Below are positions 44,863 through 55,116 of a stretch of DNA of 64,000 bases, piece by piece (position 1 is the first letter of the stretch; every line of letters begins with the position of its first letter). This DNA comes from Macrostomum lignano. Its lineage: Eukaryota. The position numbers and the translations under genes are program-made. Location: positions 152,820 to 216,819 of the forward strand of contig NIVC01001975.1 of assembly GCA_002269645.1 (NCBI GenBank). The letters run 5' to 3'. The notes under the pieces are model-generated. The model saw only the letters and a list, made by a program, of their open reading frames with translations, searched no databases and was not told where the DNA came from.

Positions 44863-46043
44863 ATGGCGTTTTTCGCTAAAGAAGAAGTCTTAAGCGCACA
44901 GCAGTTTGTTTCACCCGAGACGCGGCCTACAATCCATGTCGAGCCAGCTTCTTCGCCCAAGTTTGCCAACAACTGTCAGTTCCGCGCTCTCTCTTGGACT
45001 CCGGTGGGCGACAAGCACGAGAAACTACCGATTCTACTGCAGTCTCAACAGCCGATTCTACTCTTTCGCGGTTTGCACCGAACAGACAGCGGTGCGGGCA
45101 CAGAACACTCGGTCAACGAAGGACGAGAAGCTATCGCACTTGGTTTTCAAGCCAAGGGCATTTGCCCTCAGCTGGTTTCAACTTTGAGGTAAATACAATC
45201 CTATTCTTTGGTTTGTGAACCGCATCCCAGGTTAGAAATTAAAGTTTACTGCAATTTTCTTACGTTGCTATCTGTCATATTCTTTCCAGAGCGATCGAGA
45301 AGTCGATCGAGAAGGCACTTCACCAGCAATCTGACCGAATGGGGCTCATTAGACTCACTAAGAGTCCTGACGCGAGCGGTGCCAACCCAATTACCTGGAT
45401 CGGCATCAAGCCCAACTATCCATGCACAACATTCTCCACCAACGAGGGCAGCCGCACAATCCAAGAGGTTTCGCCCCGAGACTTCAGCGAGCGAAGCGGA
45501 CTCTACCAGATCACGGTGCAAATCACTTCGCTCTACCTTCCGAAGGGGGCGCCAGCCTGGCGACTTGCCGCCTGCATCCGATCTCTGGTGTGGCTGTCTG
45601 ATGGAAACACTACCGGCCTGATAGGGAACCTGCAGGGACCTCTGTCCGAGTATCGGATTGTGCATGAACATAGCAACGAGGAGAAAATTTCAAGTTTGCC
45701 TACTCCAAGTCTTCTCACTGCCACCGGCAAGAATCGAAGTGAGAGCAGCACCACGCCGAAGAAGAAGAGGAGAACCTCATCACCACCGCCGCCACCAAGC
45801 AAGAATTCGAAACGTCCAAGGCCTGCCGCGAGCGCTCCTAAGAACCAGCCTGCTTGCAAAGGTGGACCAGCAAGCGATCCCGACTGGGCTGAAGTACCGG
45901 CAGTCAAGAAGCTCGTAAGTTCGCCTACGGTTCAGCCGGGAAAGCGAGTCGCCTCTAAGGATCTCTCGTACGCCAAGCAGCTAGCTGGAGCTGAAGCCTC
46001 GAGCAACAGATCCTCCGATTCGGATTGCAGTCTGTTCGCTTAA
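44863..46043 (+). CDS. Spliced Maverick gene (exons 44863-45188 and 45290-46043; 359 aa), putative ssDNA-binding protein
   Basis: Donor AG|GTAAAT and acceptor TTTCCAG|A join ORFs 44863 and 45339 in frame across a 101-nt intron. The beta-strand pattern GLYQITVQITSLYL...WRLAACIRSLVW and disordered basic tail suggest an OB-fold SSB; the function is inference. Confidence 0.6.
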
Positions 46044-46471
46044 GCTCCAACTGGTGTCATTGCTGCGAGGGACTTTTTCAGCATGTCTGACGTCTCGCAC
46101 TATCATAAACTTTAACTATTTCTGGCAAATTTTTAGTAGCAAGGACGAGCACCTGAATATTCGTAAACATTTAAATAGATCGGCTCGCCTTGGATTCAAC
46201 TTCCTCACATGTTTTAAAGCATATAGCTCGGGTTTTCTAGCCTATCCTTTTAAACGCAAATTGTTATTTTCATTAGATGCTCTACGTCGTTTACATCGCT
46301 TTTCTTCTCGTCAATCTGCTGCTTGGCTTTTAGACTGCAAGGCTGGTTTACTCGCCTTAGTGCTTATCTTTAGCAATTCGCCTGCCTACCTACTGCTATC
46401 CGCGAGACATTTAGCCTGACTGCAATAGCGCTTTTGCTAACTACCCGACTTATTATTATTATAATAAACTG

Positions 46472-47076
46472 ATGACCAAGTTCTTTGTCTTACCACGACT
46501 TATTCAGACTTATTTCTGGTTTGAAATTTTCAGAGAATTGTTCAGAGTGTCGGGAGCGCACAACTGGATTTGAGCGGTTCCGATGGACTAGATTTATTTC
46601 AGCTTCAGCTAAAACTGCTAAAAAGCGGATTCAATTGCAAACTCTATTTTGGACGACCCTCTATGCTGAGAGTTGCTACGAGTGCTGGCTATACTATGCA
46701 AATCTATCCTGGTGGAAAAATTACAATTTTTCGATGTGCATCAAATCTCAAATTAATATCCACACTCCTGGCAATTCACAATTCTGTTTTTAAGCTGGAT
46801 TTTAATTCAATACGTATTCAAACCTCAACATATGTTGGTGAATATGAATTTTATAGCGCAACAGACAGATTTTTTATGCTAAAATTAAGAATTGGATGTT
46901 TCATTGGTTTCACTGTGAGCTACGATGCAGAAACTTTTCCTCAAGCCGTGCAATTGCGCTGCAGCTGGAATAAACGTTTGTTTGCAAATTTGTTTTGTTC
47001 AAAAAAGCTGGTCATAATGGGCCCAGCAAATGCCCAAGAACTCTCCTCATTTTATCATGTATTGAAACATACTTAA
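46472..47076 (+). CDS. TATA-binding protein (TBP)-like protein; ATG 46472 is in frame if one T is restored near 46530
   Basis: Two-repeat match to the TBP core: RIVQSVGSAQL / GLDLFQL / QIYPGGKITIFRCAS versus QLQNIVSTVNL / KLDLKTI / LIFSSGKMVCTGAKS, and IRIQTSTY / SYDAETFP / NLFCSKKLVIMGPAN versus FKIQNMVG / SYEPELFP / LIFVSGKVVLTGAKV. The frame is open from 46525. Confidence 0.75.
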
Positions 47077-47150
47077 AGCTTTCGATTCCTAATTCAACGC
47101 ATAATATCTTGCAGTCAATCGATCCTATATCCAACAACTAGTAATCTGAA

Positions 47151-47830
47151 ATGGCAAATATCGTTTTTGCACCGAGCGTCTTCATCCTTGAAGGACTGTT
47201 GGGAGCGGGCAAATCCACCGTACTGCATAATTTGGCACTACGATCAAGACTAGACAACTGGAGGAAGCGTGCTCATTTTCTGCCGGTGCAAATTTTTGCC
47301 GCAGCGAGGGTCCTTTTTGCGGCGCCCTGGAGAAGTTTTATTCTGGTGAACTGTCAGCATTTGCTTTTCAAACGTTGGTGTACCAAGAGCTGATGGGACG
47401 CGACATGGCCGCAGTTCAATTTGCGACAAACGAGGTGAAGGAGGGCCGCCAGCCGATTGATCTGATAGTGATGGACCGACACCTACGATCCGGAATTGCC
47501 TTTTCAAATCTGTTGTACAAACAGGATCGGTTGACTAACTTTGAACTGAATCTGATGATTCGGTTGTATGAAATGTTTACCAACTGCTTTCAATCTGATG
47601 CCACACTAATCTATCTGGACATCACACCCGAGCTTGCACTGGAGCGCATTCAACAGCGAAACCGAGGTGGGGAGCAGCACATTACACTGAGTTATCTTGA
47701 ACAACTACGGGAGGAGCTGCATGCACAGTTTGCTCTTTTCAAAACTGTGCACAAGATCCGAGTGCTGCCAGAGACTACTCTTGAGGATGTTGTGGACACA
47801 GTTTGCAAGATTATTAATCCTTCTGGCTGA
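47151..47830 (+). CDS. Deoxynucleoside kinase family protein (one -1 frame break between about 47232 and 47320)
   Basis: P-loop ILEGLLGAGKST; LEKFYSGELSAFAFQ; MDRH; IYLDITPELALERIQQRNRGGEQHITLSYL lid region. Confidence 0.9.
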
Positions 47831-48065
47831 GTGACTCGCGTTTTGACTCGCCTTAATTGCTACATGAAGACAATCTGAAATGTGATTTAATAAAACAGTT
47901 GGCCCTTGATTATTCGATTATTCCTTGACCAGCATCAAGGAACAAGTTGGGAATTCCCTACTTGTTGGCCATGCCATCAAAGCGCGTTCGTTCTTTTTTA
48001 ATTCCATACTGCATTTTAGTCCTAAAAATCATCAAAATTCTTGCATTATTTGTTTAATATTAACC

Positions 48066-48834
48066 ATGATAAAAGCACGTTTTTTAAAGAAAAAAAAATT
48101 GTTATTCCAGCCAAGAGCTCGCTGCCTGGTTTGTCGAAAGACCTTCCGCAATGTGGCTGCGCTGCATGCTCACTCGCATGGAGAATGCTTTGCGCCAGAT
48201 CGACTGTTGGAGGGGCCATTCGAGGAGCTTCAGGCGCACCCACCAGACGGTTGGTCTGTTCACCTGGAAGAAAGTGCGCATCAGGGGCGAGCCAACTTTC
48301 TGCAGTTTGTTCCTAATTCCGCTGAATCTCCATCGCAAACATCCGCCACCACCGACGACCTTCTACCTGCCGACAAGCTGAACCAGCTGCGCGCCCCAAT
48401 CTATTGGCTTTTCAATATGACTTTACAAAAAGGACTGATGTTGAGAACATGTCTGCATGTCAAGGTGAAGCTGTTTCGGATGCTGGCGGATTTGCGGCAA
48501 CACCCCGATCTCTCAACAGGCGCTTTAAATTCACCAGCAACTGAAATAATCTCTGCATATTTCAACAGTCACATGGTTACAATTTCACTGGATAAAGAGG
48601 GCACCGGTACTGGCGAACTGTCTGAGGAGAGTTTCAACGACTGGTTTATGCGTGCAATCACCGAAGTGACAAGCAAAATTGACAGCTTCCAGAAACGTGG
48701 CAGTGGTTGGAAGTATGACAGCATTGAACAGCTTGACCTGATGCTATGCCCCTATAGGAAGTCTCGTTCTCGGCCAAGCTACAACCCGGGCAGTAGGAAT
48801 TCCACAGCGGCAGAGCAACAGCTGGGCGGTGGTA

Positions 48835-48869
<35 letters not shown>

Positions 48870-51800
48870 GCCAGAACATTTAAAGTCCCGTTGTCGGTTG
48901 GATGCAAGAGAGGAGCCGTAATATTTTTGAAGCCAAACAATAATCGGCAGCCTAACTGCTTCAAGTATGCAATCGTAGCAAGCATCTTTTATGCCCAAGT
49001 GAAGCGTCCTCATTTGAAGAGCAGCTATACAGAACATTTGCGAGAATTGGATTTTGGAACTAAATTACAAGTCGGATCAGCGAGACATGCCAAATGCTCA
49101 TATATTAAATTTTTGAACAAAAATCCAGGGTTAAGTTTGCGTGTATTCGTTTGGGATTACGAAGCAAAGACTGCCGTGCATTACTTTTCGCGCCACTGTT
49201 CCCCGGAGACAGCCCGCTTCATGGCAAACTGTTTGTTCATCCCACCATATGGCAAATTCAAGCTGGGCCACTACATGCCTGTTCGTAATTTGAACTCACT
49301 TCTAAGCTGCCGAGGCAAACGACGGCGTGTCTGCCCAACTTGCCTGGCTCCGTTTTCGGAAAAAATATCATGGGACTTCATTCTGAACGAGCACCAATGC
49401 ATCGGAGGGTGCGAGAGCCAGTCCTCGCTCCGCTGGATGTCCGAGCCGCTGCCACAAATACGGGAGGTGCGCAGGCCGCCAATTGAGAAGATGCCTCTGC
49501 CGGAGAATGCTAGTCTTGAGTTTACCGAACATGCTGCAAGGCTGCCGGCGCTGTACGTAGTTTATGCCGACATGGAATGCCTATGTGCACCGCCGGACGC
49601 CAGCGCTCCACATGTGGGAGCCTCTCAAAAGATTCGCGAGATCCACAAACCGCTTTGCATCGGTTATCGGGTGGTGGCCTGTCCCGGAGTTGAAAGCCGG
49701 CTGCCTTCACTATATGGCGAAAGGTCCGCCTGTTCGGTTATCTATTCGCGGCCCAACGGTGGAGATGATTGCATTGGGCTGTTTTTGATCAAGCTCCGCC
49801 AGCTAGCAAGCGAGATCTACCGACACGCCAAGGATGAAACATATGTTCCTTTGCTTAAAAAATATCTTCATCTGACGGACCGTGTCGAGAAGCGGCGCCA
49901 CAAGCATTGTCAGCTATGTAATCGCGTTTTTGAGCTTGATGAACGCCAAGTCCTGGATCACGATCATCTTACTGGCCTGCCTAGGGGAGTTTTGTGTGTC
50001 AGCTGCAATCGCAAATTGAGCTTGAATCGCCACCGGCTGTTGGTCTATTTTCACAACCTGTCGGCATATGATGGCAAGTTTATTGTTCGCCAAGTTTACG
50101 AAACCTTTTCCGGTGAAGAAGTTAAACTTTATGTTTTGCCTGAAAATCGCGAGCGATTCAAAACGTTCTCTATCAAGTTCAAGCTGCCTGCTGCTGATGG
50201 GCAGCACCACGTTTGGTTTGAAATCTGCTTCAAGGACACTTTTGCGTATTTACCAACTAGCCTAGCAAGTCTAGCTGAACGCCTGCTCCCTTCTCAGCTG
50301 GTGCACACAAGCAAACTATTGGAGCAATACCCGAGACTACGACCGGAGACGTTGCAGCAGAAGGGAGTTTTTCCCTATTCGTTCCTTGATCGAATGGACA
50401 AATTGGACAGCGTAAAATCTCTGCCAGCAAAGGAGAGGTTTTTCAATAGACTAACAATGCAGCATTGCTCTGACGCCGACTACGCTCGAGCCAAGGCCAG
50501 CTGGGAGGAATTCGGCTGCCACACTCTGCGTGACTACACTACTGCCTACCTGCGATTGGATGTGCTTTTGCTCTGCGACGTGTTTGAAAATTTCAGAAAT
50601 AATGCAATCAAAGAGTATCAAATTGATCCCGCTCATTTTCTTGGCTCTCCAATGTACAGCCTGGCGGCGTGCTTGCTTCAACTTGCAGAGCCAATTCAAC
50701 TCTTCACTGATACAGCATGTATGCTGAAATTGAGAGCTCTGTGCGCGGCGGTTTCAGCTTTGGGACACGTCACGTAACCACAGCAAATAACTCGTTGGTT
50801 TCGCTCATTCGTCAAGATTTGGACAGGGACGAGGGCAACTTTGCGAGCCTGAGGGCAAATGCACCAGAAAACACCTTTTTGGTTTACTTGGATGCAAACT
50901 CGCTCTATTCTAGTTGCATGGTACAACCTCTACCATACAAGAACTTTCGTTGGCTTTCTGCTCGAGATGTGAATCGCATACCATGCGATAACACCCCCGG
51001 CGCAGGCTATTACCTCGAAAATCCGCAAGTGAAGAGTCAAATGCTAGACTGGCTGACGAAGTTTTGTTCTGAGGAGCGAGGAGCTTATTTCACAGTCGAT
51101 CTGCATTATCCCGAGTTTCTACACGATAGCACTGCTGACCTCCCACTGGCGATTGGGCACGAGATTGTGAGAGAAGATCGGCTGACGGATCAAATGCGGC
51201 AAGATTGGACAGCACTTCAACGACAACTGAACCCGAGCGATATGCCTCTGCCAGCTGTTACCAAGACGTGAAGGCATTCAAGAGCCCTGCGCGCAAGCTC
51301 ATCGGTTCTGTCGAGCACAAGCGCGAATATGTGTTGCACCACCGTGCATTGCGACTTTACCTCGAGTTGGGGATGCGAGTCACAAGGGTCTATCGCGTCA
51401 TCTGTTTCACCGAGAAGCCAATATTACGCTCTTACATTGAGCGCAACATTAGCCGACGAATAGAAGCCAAGACGGAATTTGAACGTGATCTGTTCAAGCT
51501 ACTCAACAATGCTTTGTTTGGCAAGTTTCTGCAACGTGTTCGTGACCGATTGTGCTTCAAGATGTGCACCGACGCTGCAAAGCTGGAGTCCTATGTCAGC
51601 ATGGAAAGCTTCCTAGATGTTATCATTTACAACGAGAATTTGGCGGGAGTTAGTCTATCTCCTCGTCAAGTTTTGCTTAACAAGCCAATTATCATTGGCG
51701 CGTCAATTCTGGACATTGCCAAAACTATGGTTTACAATTTTTATTACAACCATGTTCAGGCTCATCATTCGCTTTCATGTGCACGCGTTCTGGCAGGCGA

Positions 51801-52344
51801 CACCGACAGTCTGATGATGGCACTGGTGATGCGCAGACCTGGTGACACGCCCTATAATTCATTGTTCAAGGACCTGATCGCTCAAGGACTACTTGATACC
51901 AGCAACTATCCGCCGGATCATGCCCTTTATTCTACCCAACACAAGGGTCGGCTGCTTGCATGGAAAGACGAATTTGCTGGAGCGGTTCCAATCGAGTTGG
52001 TATTTTTACGACCAAAGAACTACTCTTTTCTCTACGTTACCGATACGATTCGGCAACTCTCTCGATGCAAAGGCGTGAGCAAGCAAGTGGCTCGCACGTT
52101 CAAGCACACGGCCTACCTCTCGGTCTTGGAGAAGAGAAGAGTGATGTATGCAAGCTTCGCTCGAATTGCTTCTAAGAAGAAAGTTGTTTTTCTCATGGAA
52201 CAGAAGAAGCTCGCGCTCGGATTTTTTGATACAAAGCGCGCTTGGACAACCCTCCTTGCTTCTCAACCATTCGGACATTGGCGGCTGCGAGCAGCATGCG
52301 AAACGCAGGCAAGAATTACTTTCTTGATACTGTTTAGCATCTAG
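48066..52344 (+). CDS. polB: Protein-primed family B DNA polymerase with N-terminal zinc finger, terminal protein, OTU-like domain and endonuclease VII insertion (-1 breaks near 50716 and 51262; start and last exon uncertain)
   Basis: ExoI YADME, ExoII HNLSAYDG, ExoIII YLRLDV; polymerase motifs YLDANSLY, KLLNNALFGK, AGDTDS; EndoVII CQLC...DHDHLTGLPRGVLCVSCN; NCFKYA and GHY of the OTU-like domain. Confidence 0.96.
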
Positions 52345-52673
52345 ATGATACAGTAGCATCTTTAGCTTAATATTTTTTCGTTTTTTTAATTTCAGGCAAC
52401 AATCGATTCGGAAAAGGAGGACTATTCGATGGATGAAAATTGACTTTTGCTTTGTACATTAACACCATATATGCCAGGCATCGTGTGTAGACTAGTCATC
52501 ATTTTAGCATGGTGTCCTATCTCTTGAGGTTCACTCATTTTCGTTGGCTGACACAGCGCTCTAGAATAAATGTGTATTGAATGACTAACGAACGTGATTG
52601 GTTTTTCGCTCCTTCTTTTGCAAGAGTATATAAGCCCAGATGTTGAGACTTTAGTTTAACTTTTGTCCGAAAA

Positions 52674-53543
52674 ATGCAGTCGTCCTCTTCGCCTAGCCAA
52701 CCGAGTTTAAGAAGTAGGAAAAGCCAATTATCGAAACTGTTCATTTCGCCATATACACAAACGAGTGGTTTGTGCAATTTCCCAGTCCCGCCACCAACTC
52801 CCACTCCCGAGAATGCAAACAAAAAATTTATTTTCAATGTTTCAGCCAGTACAATGCAGCGCCAGCAGCAAGAATCTCTAAATCCAAGTGACACTAGCAG
52901 CTGTAAAGACGCAGCGCCAGTTCCGCTACGCCTAAATCCCGATTGGTGTCAACAATACCTCGCAGGCTCACCACCGATCGAGAAAAATCTAATTGTCCGC
53001 CTTCTCAGCAATCATGCTGCGGTTCCGGCCAGACAGACAGAGGGCTCTATCGGGTATGATCTGACTGCAGCCGAGACCAAGACCGTCCCTGCGCAGGGAC
53101 GAGCGATTTTTGATATTGGGATTTCAGTCCGAGTACCGGCTGGCACCTATGGAAGAATCGCTGGGCGCTCTGGTCTGTCAGCGTTTCACGGAATCACGGT
53201 GGGCGGCGGAGTAATTGACCCAGACTACTGCGGACGAATTACGGTGATTCTCTTCAACCACGGCATACGAGACTATCATGTTCGCATCGGCGAAAGGATT
53301 GCGCAGCTGGTTCTGGAGAAGGCGGAAATCGCTCCGGTCAAGGTAGAGAACTACACTATCGCTCGCGGGAAGAAGCGTGAAGCGCTGGACAACCAGCGTC
53401 AGTTGTCAGCGTCAGCATCGTCAGTTGCGGAGACCGCCAAGGTTGATGAAGAAGAGAAGATGAAGAATCTGGCGGACGCAATCGTTCAACAAGAAGCTTG
53501 CAAGCAGCGGGGCGATTCAGGCTTTGGCAGCACGGGGATGTAA
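52674..53543 (+). CDS. dut: dUTPase with N-terminal extension and an insertion before motif V
   Basis: GSIGYDL, GRSG, GVIDPDYCGRI, GERIAQLV and RGDSGFGSTG: all five trimeric-dUTPase motifs. Confidence 0.95.
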   Translation: MQSSSSPSQPSLRSRKSQLSKLFISPYTQTSGLCNFPVPPPTPTPENANKKFIFNVSASTMQRQQQESLNPSDTSSCKDAAPVPLRLNPDWCQQYLAGSPPIEKNLIVRLLSNHAAVPARQTEGSIGYDLTAAETKTVPAQGRAIFDIGISVRVPAGTYGRIAGRSGLSAFHGITVGGGVIDPDYCGRITVILFNHGIRDYHVRIGERIAQLVLEKAEIAPVKVENYTIARGKKREALDNQRQLSASASSVAETAKVDEEEKMKNLADAIVQQEACKQRGDSGFGSTGM

Positions 53544-53609
53544 AGATTGCAGGTTTAAATTGCGCGCAAGAGCGGTAGTATCTGGAAATTACTGCAGTTC
53601 ATTCTTTTT

Positions 53610-53824
53610 TTCAAGAATAAACAATTCTGCATGCATATAAAGACTATAAGTTATGCTCCAAAATTGCAAGGAACAAATATATCTGTATCTGAATCCTTAA
53701 CGCATATAAGCTATCTTTTATTCAAGAATAAACAATTCTGCATGCATATAAAGACTATAAGTTATGCTCCAAAATTGCAAGGAACAAATATATCTGTATC
53801 TGAATCCTTAACGCATATAAGCTA
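53610..53824 (+). promoter_or_regulatory. Exact 104-bp tandem duplication (111-bp period) holding four TATAAG and two TATAAA motifs, upstream of the virion module
   Basis: Copies at 53610-53713 and 53721-53824; TATAAG at 53645, 53705, 53756 and 53816. The promoter role is inferred. Confidence 0.7.
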
Positions 53825-53875
53825 AACTAAATTATTTGCTATTGGTTTTCAAGTCTTTACTATTTAAGCAACAAA

Positions 53876-54369
53876 ATGTACGCATCAAAACGCAGAAAAG
53901 GTGTCTGCAAGCAAAAGAGGAAATCTGTCCCGAATCGGAAATCGCGCTCTAGCAAACGTGTTCAGAGAGGATCTGGGATTGTAAACTGGTTAATCAATCA
54001 CCTACCATTTGAGGTCCACCTCCCTGGTTACAATTTTTGTGGACCGTAAGTGAGCCAAACTTTTTCATGATTTAGTTTGACACTGTTCTAACTAGGAAGT
54101 ATTAAATTCGCTCTTAATTAAGGGGCACGCGGTTGCGAAAACGGCTTGCGGAAGGACAGCGAGGGAAAAACCGGTTGGATGATCTTTGCCTACTACATGA
54201 TGTTGCATACGAAAAGAGCTCGGACACAAACTCTCGTCTGGAAGCTGATCGGTTGTTAGAAGCCGGAGCTAGAGAGATTATAAGCGATCCGAATACTGGG
54301 TGGGGAGAACGCCTTGCTTCAAAATTCGTGGCTAAGGTGATGCACGCTAAGCAGCGATTGGCAGCCTGA
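53876..54369 (+). CDS. Spliced parvovirus-VP1u-like phospholipase A2 (exons 53876-54045 and 54123-54369; 138 aa)
   Basis: Splicing CC|GTAAGT...TTAAG|G rebuilds HLPGYNFCGPGTRL (Ca-binding loop) ahead of LDDLCLLHDVAY (catalytic HD); basic N-terminus. Confidence 0.92.
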
Positions 54370-54375
54370 ACACAA

Positions 54376-55083
54376 ATGGAAACTTTCAATCTGCAGTTGG
54401 CACACGATTCCTCAATCATCTTGGCCGGACCATCAAACTCTGGCAAAACTGAATGGGCGCTGCGTTTGCTGCGCGAACGAAATTTGTTATTTAAGCAAGC
54501 GCCAACGCGTCTCGTGTGGTGTCATGGCACGGACCTGAGTCCTGGTGAACAGCACCGCATTCGTTCAAGCTGGGAGGAGGGCGGGAGCGGGCAGCATAAT
54601 TTGATTCGAGGATTTCCGCTCGAGCTTATCTCTCAACTTCGCCCACACGATTTGCTGGTTGTCGATGATCTCCAGAGTGAAATGGCCAAGTCCCCCGAAT
54701 TTACAGCAATTTTTACAAAATATGCCCACCACACACCACTAACTTGTCTCTATTTATGTCAGAATCTCTTTCATCGTTCTGATGCTGAAGCGCGCTCGCG
54801 AAGCCTCTCTGCTAGCTACATCTGCCTGACCCGAAATATTCGCGATCGAACGGTTGTTCAAAGCCTAGGGAAGCAAATGTTTCCAAAGAGGAGCAACTTT
54901 CTAGTTCGTGTCTATGAAAACGCAACTGACAATAGGCCCTATTCATACCTGTTTATTGATCTGCGACAAGAAACTCCCGACTTTTTAAGGCTTCGTACTG
55001 GTATTTTCCCGGGTGACAAACAGCTTGCGTACACCTCTGGTAAAAGCAACTCTGTTTCACTTGATTTTATAAGCAATCCATAG
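54376..55083 (+). CDS. A32/FtsK-like genome-packaging ATPase
   Basis: Walker A GPSNSGKT, Walker B LLVVDD, LYLCQNLF motif. Confidence 0.95.
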   Translation: METFNLQLAHDSSIILAGPSNSGKTEWALRLLRERNLLFKQAPTRLVWCHGTDLSPGEQHRIRSSWEEGGSGQHNLIRGFPLELISQLRPHDLLVVDDLQSEMAKSPEFTAIFTKYAHHTPLTCLYLCQNLFHRSDAEARSRSLSASYICLTRNIRDRTVVQSLGKQMFPKRSNFLVRVYENATDNRPYSYLFIDLRQETPDFLRLRTGIFPGDKQLAYTSGKSNSVSLDFISNP

Positions 55084-55116
55084 ATTGCACTTTGCTCCTT
55101 TGTAGAAATTTTGAAA

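Noticed and set aside
47925-48065. PolB start at the TTG given by the ORF track
   Set aside because: The N-terminal 47 codons are AT-rich and intron-like; ATG 48066 or a spliced 5' exon is more plausible.
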